Of a stretch of DNA of 64,000 nucleotides, positions 8,713 to 17,638 are shown piece after piece. The notes below the pieces were generated by a model. That model did not search any database. It saw nothing but the letters and a program-made list of their open reading frames with translations, and was not told where the DNA came from. The translations under genes were made by a program, and so were the position numbers. This DNA is from an uncultured Roseovarius sp. (GTDB taxonomy: Bacteria > Pseudomonadota > Alphaproteobacteria > Rhodobacterales > Rhodobacteraceae), in contig CAXGIB010000002.1 of NCBI GenBank assembly GCA_964010045.1, forward strand, positions 81,917 through 145,916. Direction: 5' to 3'. Each line of letters opens with the position of its first letter. The stretch's first letter is position 1.

Positions 8713-9474
8713 TCATGACTTGAGCCGGTATCCGGTCCGGAAGATCCACCAGACCACGCCAAGGCAGAGCGCGAAAAACACCCCGATGGCCAGGAGGCTC
8801 CAGCCGACGGGCACATCGGCGACCCCGAAGAAGGACCAGCGAAACCCCGAGATGAGATAGACCACCGGGTTGAACAGCGTCACCACCTGCCAGGCGGGCG
8901 GCAGCATCGAGACCGAGTAGAAGGCCCCGCCAAGAAACACGAGCGGCGTGATCACCAGCAGCGGCACAAGCTGCAACTGCTGGAAATTCTCCGACCAGAT
9001 GCCGATGATGAAACCGAAGAGCGCGAAGCTGAGGCAGGTCATCCCGAGAAAGGCCAGCATCATCGCCGGATGGCGGATTTCGAGATCGACGAAGAACCCC
9101 GCGGTCAGCAGGATCACCCCGCCGATGAGCAGAGATTTCGTGGCCGCCGCCCCCACATAGCCGAGCACGATCTCGAGGAAATTGACCGGGGCCGAGAGAA
9201 GTTCGTAGATCGTGCCGATGAATTTCGGGAAATAGATGCCGAAGGAGGCGTTGGAAATGGCCTGGGTCATCACGCTCAGCATGATGAGGCCGGGCACGAT
9301 GAAGGCACCGTAGCTCACCCCCTCCACCTCCTCGATGCGGCCGCCGATGGCCGCCCCGAAGACCACGAAATAGAGCGTCGTGGAAATGACCGGCGACAGG
9401 AGCGATTCGAAGATGGTGCGGAAGAACCGCTTCATCTCGTAGACATAGATGGCGGCGATGGCGTGCAGGTTCAT
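8713..9474 (-). CDS. ABC-2 type transporter permease (YadH-like)
   Basis: 253 aa with 6 predicted TM helices. Its start overlaps the stop of the upstream ATPase gene by 4 nt. Confidence 0.9.
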   Translation of the reverse strand: MNLHAIAAIYVYEMKRFFRTIFESLLSPVISTTLYFVVFGAAIGGRIEEVEGVSYGAFIVPGLIMLSVMTQAISNASFGIYFPKFIGTIYELLSAPVNFLEIVLGYVGAAATKSLLIGGVILLTAGFFVDLEIRHPAMMLAFLGMTCLSFALFGFIIGIWSENFQQLQLVPLLVITPLVFLGGAFYSVSMLPPAWQVVTLFNPVVYLISGFRWSFFGVADVPVGWSLLAIGVFFALCLGVVWWIFRTGYRLKS

Positions 9475-10400
9475 GCCGCGCCTTCCTTCACGAGATCCAC
9501 GAAGATTTCCTCAAGGCTGCTCTGGCGGGTCTCGATGTCGCGCAGGGACAGCCCCTCGCGGGCCAGCGCCTGCAAGAGCCGCGTGATGCCGGTGCCCTCG
9601 CCGCGCGTGTGGTAATGGTAGAGAAGGGCCGCGCCGTCTTCGATCCGTTCGAGATCGTAGCCTGCCAGCGCCTCGGGCACCGCCGCCACCGGGGCGGCAA
9701 GGTCGATCCGCAGCGTCTTGCGCCCCATCCGGCGCATCAGGTCCGTCTTGTCCTCGACCAGCAGGATCTCGCCGCGGTTGATCACCGCGACGCGGTCGGC
9801 CATGGCCTCGGCCTCCTCGATGTAATGGGTGGTCAGGATGATGGTGACGCCGCTTTCCTTGAGCCCGCGCACCACCTCCCACATGTCGCGGCGCAGTTCC
9901 ACGTCGACACCCGCCGTCGGCTCGTCAAGGAAGAGCACGCGCGGCTCGTGGCAGAGCGCCTTGGCGATCAGCACGCGCCGTTTCATGCCGCCGGACAGTT
10001 CGCGGGTGCGCGCGTGGCGCTTGTCCCAGAGCGACAGTTGCCGCAGGACACGCTCGATCAGCGCCTCGTCGCGTCCCTTCCCGAAGAGCCCGCGCGAGAA
10101 CCGCACGGTGTTGATGACCTTCTCGAAGGGTTCGAGCGCCACTTCCTGCGGCACGAGCCCCACGAGACGGCGCGCGGCGCGATATTCGGCGATCACGTCA
10201 TGCCCGCCGATGCGCGCCTGCCCGCCGGTGGGAGAGGTGATGCCGCAGAGCGCCGAGATGAGCGTGGTCTTGCCCGCGCCATTGGGACCGAGCAGGGCGA
10301 GGATCTCGCCCTCGGCAATGTCCAGGGTGACGCCGCGCAGCGCGGTGAACCCGCCCTTGTAGGTCTTGCTGAGGTCTCTCACTTCGACGATGGCAGTCAT
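9471..10400 (-). CDS. ABC transporter ATP-binding protein (YadG-like)
   Basis: Walker [10 protein letters not shown], signature LSGGMKRR and Walker [10 protein letters not shown]. Confidence 0.92.
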   Translation of the reverse strand: MTAIVEVRDLSKTYKGGFTALRGVTLDIAEGEILALLGPNGAGKTTLISALCGITSPTGGQARIGGHDVIAEYRAARRLVGLVPQEVALEPFEKVINTVRFSRGLFGKGRDEALIERVLRQLSLWDKRHARTRELSGGMKRRVLIAKALCHEPRVLFLDEPTAGVDVELRRDMWEVVRGLKESGVTIILTTHYIEEAEAMADRVAVINRGEILLVEDKTDLMRRMGRKTLRIDLAAPVAAVPEALAGYDLERIEDGAALLYHYHTRGEGTGITRLLQALAREGLSLRDIETRQSSLEEIFVDLVKEGAA

Positions 10401-10592
10401 GCTGTTCCCCGGCTGGTGACCGCAAACCTAGCCGGTGCGGGGACGGCTGCAAGCCATGCAGGATGCAAGGGGGGTGTGCATGCCCGCGCAGCCCCGATCC
10501 GGAAACAGTGTGTTGGCCATCTCCGCTTCATCCTTTTGCCGCAATCTGGTAGGAAAGACACGGGTGGGACCGATCTGAACGTGGGAGGCGAG

Positions 10593-11312
10593 ATGTTCGC
10601 ACGGGTCCTGACCGCCGTTTTTCTCCTTGTGGCGCTGAGTTCAGGGATGGGCCGTGCCGAAGGGCAGGCGCGCATCCTGATGATGGGCGATTCGCTTCTT
10701 GCCATGCACAAGCTGGCGGGGGCCTCTGTCGGGGCGACGCTGCGCGCCGCGCTCGGCGAGCCGGTCGTGGACAATTCCATCGCCGGGGCGCGATTCCTCT
10801 ACCGCCTGCCGATTTCCGGGGCCATCGGGTTCAGCATCCCGAAACAGCACCGTCGTGGAGACTGGGACTGGGTGGTGCTGAACGGGGGCGGCAACGATCT
10901 GTGGCTCGGCTGCGGCTGTTCGCGCTGCGAGCGCCGGATGGACCGGCTGATCTCTCGGGACGGGCGGCGCGGGGCGATCCCCGGCCTTGTCTCGGGTCTG
11001 CGGCAATCGGGGGCGCAGGTGATCTTCGTGGGTTATCTGCGCACGCCGGGGGCAGGATCGCCCATCGAGCAATGCGCCGACGAAGGCGACGAGCTGGAGG
11101 CCCGCGTGGCGCGGCTTGCGGCGCTTGATCGCGGGGTGCATTTCCTCTCGCTTGCAGGCATGGTGCCCTTCGGCGATCTCAGCTATCACGCGCTGGACCG
11201 GATCCACCCCTCGATCAAGGGCAGCCGCGCCATCGGCCTGCGCATCTCCCGGCTGATCGCCGGGGAAGAGGGAATGGCCGTGGTCTCGCGCAACGCGGCG
11301 CGGCCGGACTGA
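10593..11312 (+). CDS. SGNH/GDSL-family hydrolase, secreted
   Basis: Internal ATG after GGGAGG. Signal peptide MFARVLTAVFLLVALSSGMGRAEG, GDS motif (MMGDSLL), GGGND block and a C-terminal D..HP. Confidence 0.8.
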   Translation: MFARVLTAVFLLVALSSGMGRAEGQARILMMGDSLLAMHKLAGASVGATLRAALGEPVVDNSIAGARFLYRLPISGAIGFSIPKQHRRGDWDWVVLNGGGNDLWLGCGCSRCERRMDRLISRDGRRGAIPGLVSGLRQSGAQVIFVGYLRTPGAGSPIEQCADEGDELEARVARLAALDRGVHFLSLAGMVPFGDLSYHALDRIHPSIKGSRAIGLRISRLIAGEEGMAVVSRNAARPD

Positions 11313-11321
11313 GCGCGCGGC

Positions 11322-11840
11322 TCAGCTCATCAGCTTCCGGAACCAGCCCTTCTTCTTGCTCTCCGGTGCCGCCTCATCCGGGGCGGCCTCGGGCTCTTGC
11401 GGGCCTTCGATCACCTCTTCGAGCCGGGCAAAGAACTGATCGGCCATCTTCTTGGCAAAGCCATCGACGATCCGGCTGCCAAGCTGCGCCAGCTTGCCGC
11501 CAACGCTGGCCTCCACCTCGTAATGAAGCCGGGTGCCGCCCTCGATCTCTTCGAGCCGCACATTGGCCCCGCCCTTGGCAAAGCCCGCAGCCCCCCCCTT
11601 GCCCTCGCCGCTGAGCGTGAGGCTTTCGGGCTCGATCATGTTGGTCAGCGTCACATGGCCCTTGAACGTGGCCTTCACCGGGCCGACCTTTTGCACCACG
11701 GTGGCCGCGAACCCCTCTTCGGGTGTGCCCGTCACCTCCTGCGCGCCGGGCACGCAGGCCCGAAGCACCTCCGCGTCGAGCAGCGCGGCCCAGACCGTGG
11801 CACGATCGGCGCTGATTTCTCGGCTGTCGGACATTTTCAT
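11322..11840 (-). CDS. CoxG-family SRPBCC protein (carbon monoxide dehydrogenase subunit G-like)
   Basis: 172 aa. Segments VWAALLDAEVLRACVPG...FKGHVTL...GKLAQLGSRIVDGFAKKMADQFF are typical of CoxG. Confidence 0.85.
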   Translation of the reverse strand: MKMSDSREISADRATVWAALLDAEVLRACVPGAQEVTGTPEEGFAATVVQKVGPVKATFKGHVTLTNMIEPESLTLSGEGKGGAAGFAKGGANVRLEEIEGGTRLHYEVEASVGGKLAQLGSRIVDGFAKKMADQFFARLEEVIEGPQEPEAAPDEAAPESKKKGWFRKLMS

Positions 11841-11974
11841 CGGCTTGGCCCTCCCCCTGGTTGCGCACCAGCCTAGACCAGAGCGCGGCCAGCGCCAAGC
11901 GGTCCCTTGCGCGGGGGCTGTTGCGGCAGCGGATGCGGTGCCAGGCCGGGGCCGGGACGAAACCGGGGGGCGGG

Positions 11975-12855
11975 ATGCTCGGAGGACTGCGGGTGGTGGA
12001 ATTCGAGGGGCTGGGGCCTGCGCCCTTTGCCGTGATGATGCAGGCCGAGATGGGGGCCGATGTGGTGGTGATCCATCGCCCCGGACCGGGCAACCCGGTC
12101 GCGGGCGCGCGCAACCTGCTCGACCGGGGCAAGCGGTCCATCGTACTTGATCTCAAGGACGGCGAAGACCTGGCGGTGGCGGTGGCGCTTGTTTCCCGCG
12201 CCGATGCGCTGATCGAGGGCTATCGCGCCGGCGTGATGGAGCGGCTCGGCCTGGGGCCCGAAGAGATCCGCGCGGCGAACCGCGCCGCAGGCACGGGACA
12301 GGGCACGGAGGTGGATGCCGCGATACCGATGGCGCGGCGCATATGATGGCGCTGCTCATGTCTATGCGCCCCTCCGGCAATCTCTCGATGGCGCGCGGGC
12401 AGAGCCTGCTTGACGGGCCGCACTGGTCCCGCACCTATGCCTGCGCCTGTGGCGGCTGGATCTCGGTTCAATGTCTCGAGCCGCAATTCTACGCGGTGTT
12501 CCTGGAGCGGCTGGGCCTGTCGGGCGATCCCCGTTTCGCCGTGCAGTCCGACCCTGCGCAATGGCCCCGACAGACCGCCGCGCTGGCGGAGATCCTTGCC
12601 GCGCAGCCGCGCGCGCCTTGGGAAGGCGTCCTTGCAGGGCCGGATGCCTGCGTGGCGCCGGTGCTGCGCCCCGACGAGGCGGCGCGCGATCCGCACATGG
12701 CGGCGCGCGATCCGCACATGGCGGCGCGCGGGGTCTGGAGAGAGGGCCTTGTGCCCGCTCCGGCGCCGCGTTTCGACGGCGCGGTGCGGGAGGTGACGGA
12801 ACCGAAGGAACGCGGATCCGACGGGGCGGCGATCCGGGCGGAACTGGGTCTTTGA
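11975..12855 (+). pseudogene. Family III CoA-transferase (CaiB/BaiF; alpha-methylacyl-CoA racemase-like) pseudogene
   Basis: The N-terminal part (LRVVEFEGLGPAPFAVMM...GVMERLGLGPEE) jumps straight to the GxGQ..VDAA block, so about 70 aa including the GHDxNY and DFGGG catalytic blocks are missing. A -1 frameshift follows near 12320-12345, and the rest (LLDG...EPQFYAVFLERLGL) continues in another frame. Confidence 0.8.
12679..12730. repeat. 21-bp perfect tandem repeat, about 2.5 copies
   Basis: GCGGCGCGCGATCCGCACATG occurs twice, plus a partial third copy. It encodes AARDPHM-AARDPHM-AAR inside the pseudogene. Confidence 0.9.
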
Positions 12856-12880
12856 CGCGCGTCGCGCCGGCCTCGTCCGC

Positions 12881-13600
12881 TCAGTCCACCCGCCGCACCA
12901 GAAGCTGGTTGCCGGAGCCCGGCTTTGTCTCGAACACCTTCAGCTCGGCGATGAGATCGCTCAGCTTCTTCTTGCCGTAGCTGCGGGTGTCGAAATCGGG
13001 CTTGTCGGCCTGGATCTGCTGTCCGATCCGGCCCAGCGGATACCACTCGTCCTCGCTGTCGATCTTTTCCATCGCGTCGAAGATCAGCCGCCGTGCATCG
13101 GCGATGCGCGCGCTGTCGAGCCGGGCCTTTGGCGCGCTTGCGGGGGTATCGCCGGCCTCCTGATAGATGTTCTCGATGGCGACGAACCGGTTGCAGGCGT
13201 TCTTGAGCGCGTCGGGCGCCTTGGCCTCGCCGATGCCGATGACGGTAAGCCCCTGCTCGCGGATGCGGCTGGCCAGCCGGGTGAAATCGCTGTCCGAGGA
13301 GACCAGCACGAAGCCGTCGAAATGGCCCGCATGCAGGATGTCCATGGCGTCGATCACCAAACCGATATCGGAGGCGTTCTTGCCCTTGGTATTGGCGGTC
13401 TGCTGATGCTGGACGAGGCCGAGATTCTGCGCCGTCCTGGTCCAGCCCGACAATTGCTGGCTCGACCAGTCACCATAGACGCGCCTTAGCCCCGGCTCGC
13501 CATAGCTCGTGACCTCGCGCAGGATCGCCTCGGCGTATTTGGCGGGCACGTTGTCGGCGTCGATCAGGACGGCAAGAAGGGGGGTGTCGCGTGTCGGCAT
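12881..13600 (-). CDS. NYN (LabA/DUF88) domain protein with C-terminal OST-HTH/LOTUS-like domain
   Basis: LAVLIDADNV, NASDIGLVIDAMD and VLVSSDSDF are NYN catalytic-acid blocks. The C-terminal segment WYPLGRIGQQIQ...FDTRSYGKKKLSDLI is OST-HTH-like. Confidence 0.85.
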   Translation of the reverse strand: MPTRDTPLLAVLIDADNVPAKYAEAILREVTSYGEPGLRRVYGDWSSQQLSGWTRTAQNLGLVQHQQTANTKGKNASDIGLVIDAMDILHAGHFDGFVLVSSDSDFTRLASRIREQGLTVIGIGEAKAPDALKNACNRFVAIENIYQEAGDTPASAPKARLDSARIADARRLIFDAMEKIDSEDEWYPLGRIGQQIQADKPDFDTRSYGKKKLSDLIAELKVFETKPGSGNQLLVRRVD

Positions 13601-13653
13601 GAAGAGGCTCCTTTGCCTCCTTCATGCCCGATCATGCGCGCGGGCGAAAGGGC

Positions 13654-14523
13654 TCAGGCGCCCGCGCCGATCCTGTCCTGCGTCCTGGTCTCGAAATCCT
13701 CGGCCGAGTGGCGCTCGTGCAGCTGCATGTGCGGCTCCCCGAAGCTGCGGTTGACCATGCGGCCGCGTTGCACCGCGGGGCGCGCGTCGATCTTCTCGGC
13801 CCAGGCCATCACATGCGTGTAGCTCTTCACGTCGAGAAAGGTCGCGGCATTGTAGAGCCGCCCGAGGCAAAGCTGCCCGTACCAGGGCCAGATCGCCATG
13901 TCGGCGATGGAATAGTCCTCGCCCGCGATATAGGGCCGTAGGGCCAGTTGCCGGTCCAGCACGTCAAGCTGGCGCTTGGCCTCCATGGCGTAACGGTCGA
14001 TGGGATAGCGCCATTTCTCGGGCGCATAGGCGTAGAAATGGCCGAAGCCGCCGCCGAGATAGGGCGCGCTGCCCATCTGCCAGAAAAGCCAGTTGAGCAC
14101 CTCGGTGCGCGCGGGGCCATGGCCTGGCAGGAAGGCCCCGAATTTCTCGGCAAGGTGCAGCAGGATCGAGCCGCTTTCGAAGACGCGCAGGGGCGTCTCG
14201 CCGCTGTGATCGACAAGCGCGGGGATCTTGGAATTGGGGTTGATCGCCACAAAGCCCGAGCCGAACTGATCGCCCTTGCCGATATCTATGAGCCAGGCGT
14301 CGTATTCGGCGTCATGGCCCGCGGCGAGCAGTTCCTCGAACATCACCGTGACCTTCACGCCATTGGGCGTGGCCAGCGAATAGAGCTGGAACGGGTGCTT
14401 GCCCACGGGCAGCTCGCGCTCATGGGTCGCGCCCGCGACGGGGCGGTTGATCGAGGCGAACTGCCCGCCCGAGGCACCCTCCCATGTCCAGACCTCCGGG
14501 GGGGTGTAGGTGTCGTCGCTCAT
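13654..14523 (-). CDS. Glutathione S-transferase, YghU (Nu-class)-like
   Basis: Internal ATG at 14523 after GAAGGA. Segments FQLYSLATPNGVKV...INPNSKIPALVD...ESGSILLHLAEKF match the YghU/YfcG type. Confidence 0.88.
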   Translation of the reverse strand: MSDDTYTPPEVWTWEGASGGQFASINRPVAGATHERELPVGKHPFQLYSLATPNGVKVTVMFEELLAAGHDAEYDAWLIDIGKGDQFGSGFVAINPNSKIPALVDHSGETPLRVFESGSILLHLAEKFGAFLPGHGPARTEVLNWLFWQMGSAPYLGGGFGHFYAYAPEKWRYPIDRYAMEAKRQLDVLDRQLALRPYIAGEDYSIADMAIWPWYGQLCLGRLYNAATFLDVKSYTHVMAWAEKIDARPAVQRGRMVNRSFGEPHMQLHERHSAEDFETRTQDRIGAGA

Positions 14524-14649
14524 GCTGTCGGTCCTTCGATTGCCTTCCCCGAAGCTAAAGGCTTGCGCCCGTCTCGCAAGGGGGCGGGCCGCACAGGGGG
14601 CTGTGCAGGGTCGCGCGACTCGACTCTGGCCAGCACCTTGCCTATTTTG

Positions 14650-14664
14650 GAACAAAAACAGAAC
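14650..14664 (+). promoter_or_regulatory. Alphaproteobacterial LexA (SOS) box, perfect GAAC-N7-GAAC
   Basis: GAACAAAAACAGAAC ends 14 nt upstream of the imuB ATG, in the 155-bp divergent intergenic region. Confidence 0.7.
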
Positions 14665-14678
14665 ATGATGCCGCTGCC

Positions 14679-16283
14679 ATGCCTGCCCGTCGCATCCTTT
14701 CCATCTGGTTTCCCCGGCTGGGGGCCGAGCGCCTCATGCGGCGGCGCGGCCTTTCCGGCCCCTTCGCGGTTGTGGCCGAGAGGGGGCAGCGCCAGGTGCT
14801 CGTCTCGCTCTCGCCCGAGGCCGAGGCGGCGGGGCTCTTCCCCGGCCAGCCGTTGCGCGAGGCGCAGGCGCTCTGCCCCGACCTGGCCACCGCGCCGCAG
14901 CATCCGCCGGCCGAGGCGGCGTTTCTGCGCGCGCTCGCGCGCTGGGCGGACCGGTTCTCGCCGCTGGTGGCCTGTGAGGGGGCGGCGGGGCTGATGCTCG
15001 ACATTACCGGCTGCGCGTCTCTCTTCGGCGGCGAGGCGGCGCTGGCCGAAAGCGTGATCGCCGAGGCGGCCGCTCTTGGCCTCTCGGCGCGCTGCGCCAT
15101 CGCCGACACGCCCGGCGCGGCCTGGGCGCTGGCGCGGTTCGCGGCGGGGGGCGGCGTGGCACGGCGCTCGGGCGATGCGATCGAGCAGGAGGCGCGCGCC
15201 ACCCGCGCCCGCGCGGCGAAACGTGCGGCACGGGGGGCGGCCCCGCCGCCCGCGCAGCCCGTCATCCTTGCGCCGCCAGGGCAGGTGCATGGCGCGCTTT
15301 CCCCCCTGCCGGTGGCGGCGCTGCGCCTGCCCGAGGGCATGGCCGAGGATCTCGCGCGGCTCGGGCTGCGGCGGATCGGCGATCTGGCGGGGCAGCCGCG
15401 CGCGGCCCTCGGGCGGCGTTTCGGCCCGGTGCTGATGCAGCGGCTCGATCAGGCGCTCGGGCAGGTGCCCGAGCCGCTCTCGCCCGCCGCCGCCCGGACC
15501 CCGCTTGCCGTCCGGCTGAGCCTGCCCGAACCGATCGGGCATCTCGACGATCTGCGCGCGGGCGCGGCGCGGCTTCTGGCGCGGCTGTGCGAGACGCTGC
15601 ACGCGCGCGGGATCGGCGCGCGCGCGCTCCGGCTCGAGGCGTTTCGCAGCGATGGCGAGGTCTCGGTGCTCGATCTGCGGCTGGCGCGCCCGATGCGCGA
15701 CGCGGGCGCGATGCTGGCGCTTCTGGCGATGCGGCTGGAGCGGATCGAGGCCGGGTTCGGCATCGACATGCTGCGGCTCGACGCGCCCGAGACCGAGCCC
15801 CTGCGCCCCGAACAGCTGCGCGGCCCCGAGGGCACGGCGCGCGACGGGCTGGCCGATCTCGTGACCCGGCTCGGCGCGCGGATCGGGCTCGAGGCGATCA
15901 CCCGTCACCACCCCGCCGAAAGCCGGATTCCGGGCAAGACCGCGCTCACCCTCGCCGCCGCCTGGTCCGCGCCCGCCCCCGCCCCCTGGCCCGCCCCGGA
16001 GGCGCCGCGCCCGCTGCTGCTCTGGCCGCCCGAGCCGGTCACGCCGCGCGCGGGCGGGCGGCCCTGTGCCGCCTTTCGCTGGCGCGGGCGCGAGCATGCC
16101 GTGGCCGAGGCGCAGGGGCCGGAACGGATCGCGCCGGAATGGTGGCTCGACGATCCCGAATGGCGCACCGGGCTGCGCGACTACTGGCAGGTGCTGACCA
16201 CGCGGGGCGAGCGGCTCTGGCTCTATCAGGCGCATGGCGCGGCGCTCTCGGGGGGGTGGTTCTGCCACGGGCGCTTTGCCTGA
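14679..16283 (+). CDS. imuB: ImuB (Y-family polymerase-like SOS mutagenesis protein)
   Basis: 534 aa. N-terminus RILSIWFPRLGAERL...LCPDL...FSPLVA...GLMLDITGC...GL.ARCAIADTPGAAWALARF is typical of ImuB. An SOS box lies upstream. Confidence 0.88.
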   Translation: MPARRILSIWFPRLGAERLMRRRGLSGPFAVVAERGQRQVLVSLSPEAEAAGLFPGQPLREAQALCPDLATAPQHPPAEAAFLRALARWADRFSPLVACEGAAGLMLDITGCASLFGGEAALAESVIAEAAALGLSARCAIADTPGAAWALARFAAGGGVARRSGDAIEQEARATRARAAKRAARGAAPPPAQPVILAPPGQVHGALSPLPVAALRLPEGMAEDLARLGLRRIGDLAGQPRAALGRRFGPVLMQRLDQALGQVPEPLSPAAARTPLAVRLSLPEPIGHLDDLRAGAARLLARLCETLHARGIGARALRLEAFRSDGEVSVLDLRLARPMRDAGAMLALLAMRLERIEAGFGIDMLRLDAPETEPLRPEQLRGPEGTARDGLADLVTRLGARIGLEAITRHHPAESRIPGKTALTLAAAWSAPAPAPWPAPEAPRPLLLWPPEPVTPRAGGRPCAAFRWRGREHAVAEAQGPERIAPEWWLDDPEWRTGLRDYWQVLTTRGERLWLYQAHGAALSGGWFCHGRFA

Positions 16284-16284
16284 G

Positions 16285-16310
16285 GGGGCGCGCGCCCCGA
16301 ATTTTCTTGA
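16285..16310 (+). terminator. Rho-independent terminator after imuB
   Basis: A perfect 14-nt palindrome GGGGCGCGCGCCCC starts 2 nt after the stop and is followed by GAATTTTCTTGATT. Confidence 0.55.
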
Positions 16311-16341
16311 TTCGGAGGCCGTTTGACGCAAGTCTTGGCCC

Positions 16342-16686
16342 ATGAACGCGCAACCGCCGATCCCGTTCACGCATGCTCAGAGGGCCGAGCAGGTGGCCTT
16401 TCAGCGCGACGAGCTGAGCGTGATCCTGTCGCTTTACGGGCGCATGGTGGCGGCGGGCGAATGGCGCGATTACGGCATTTCCTGCCTGCGCGAGGTGGCG
16501 GTCTTCTCGATCTTCCGCCGCACCGCAGAACAGCCGCTCTACCGCATCGAGAAGCGCCCCCGCCTGCGCGAGAGGCAGGGGCAATATGCCGTGATCGGCC
16601 TCGACGGGCGGATATTGAAACGCGGGCATGACCTGCGCACGGTGCTGCGCGTGCTGGAGCGCAAGCTCATCCGGGCGATCGAATAG
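16342..16686 (+). CDS. DUF2794 domain protein
   Basis: 114 aa. VAFQRDELSVILSLYGRMVAAGEWRDYGI...FSIFRR..E.PLYRIEK is the conserved alphaproteobacterial DUF2794 pattern. Confidence 0.75.
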   Translation: MNAQPPIPFTHAQRAEQVAFQRDELSVILSLYGRMVAAGEWRDYGISCLREVAVFSIFRRTAEQPLYRIEKRPRLRERQGQYAVIGLDGRILKRGHDLRTVLRVLERKLIRAIE

Positions 16687-17638
16687 CGCGCGCCATCACG
16701 CAAAGCAGTTCGAACATGATCGACGCGCCGAGAAACGCGGTGCCGCCCGAGGGATCGAAGGGCGGCGAGACCTCGACCAGATCGGCCCCGACGATCCGCA
16801 CGCCCTCGAGCCCGCGCACCACCTCGAGCGCCTGAAAACTGGTCGGCCCGCCCACCTCGGGCGTGCCGGTGCCGGGGGCGAAGGCGGGATCGACGAAATC
16901 GATATCATAGCTCACGTAAGTATCGCCATCGCCTGCGATCTCGCGCGCCTCGGCCATGACATCGGCGGGTCCGCGCGCGTGAAACTCCTCGATGAGGATC
17001 AGCCGGATCCCCTCGGCGCGGGCGAAATCGCGGTCCTCGGTGTCATACATCGTGCCGCGCAGCCCGATCATCACCACCCGTTTCGGATCGAGCAGCCCCT
17101 CTTCGACGGCGCGCCGGAACGGGGTGCCGTGGGTATAGAGCGTGCCGCCGAAATACGAGTGATAGAGATCGGTATGGCTGTCGAAATGGATCATGCCCAG
17201 GGCTGCGCGACGCGCCAGCGCCCGCAGCACCGGCAGCGTGGTCAGGTGATCGCCCCCCGCCGTCAGCGGCACGATTCCCGCCCCCGTCACCCGGTCGTAG
17301 AAGCCGGTGATCCGCGCCATGCTGTCGGCGATATCGGCAGGGTTCGGCCCGACATCGCCCAGATCGGCGCAATTTGCGGTCTCGAAGGGGCGCAGGCCGC
17401 TGGTGGGATGCTGCGCGCGGATCATGGTCGAGGCGTCGCGGAGCTGACGCGGCCCGTGGCGCGGCCCGGGACGGTTGGTGGTGCCCGCGTCCCAGGGCAC
17501 GCCGATGAGGCCCAGATCGACCTCTTCGAAGCGCGGATGTTCCGGCGGCACATGCGGCAGGCGCATGAAGCTGGGCACGCCGGCGAAGCGCGGCAGGTCG
17601 AAGCCCGAGACGGGGTGAAAGAAGGGGTCGGAGGTCAT
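16667..17638 (-). CDS. Agmatinase/ureohydrolase-family protein (agmatinase or guanidino-acid hydrolase)
   Basis: Internal ATG at 17638. Mn-ligand blocks GGDH, FDSHTD and SYDIDFVDP are present. Substrate cannot be assigned from sequence. Confidence 0.88.
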   Translation of the reverse strand: MTSDPFFHPVSGFDLPRFAGVPSFMRLPHVPPEHPRFEEVDLGLIGVPWDAGTTNRPGPRHGPRQLRDASTMIRAQHPTSGLRPFETANCADLGDVGPNPADIADSMARITGFYDRVTGAGIVPLTAGGDHLTTLPVLRALARRAALGMIHFDSHTDLYHSYFGGTLYTHGTPFRRAVEEGLLDPKRVVMIGLRGTMYDTEDRDFARAEGIRLILIEEFHARGPADVMAEAREIAGDGDTYVSYDIDFVDPAFAPGTGTPEVGGPTSFQALEVVRGLEGVRIVGADLVEVSPPFDPSGGTAFLGASIMFELLCVMARAIRSPG

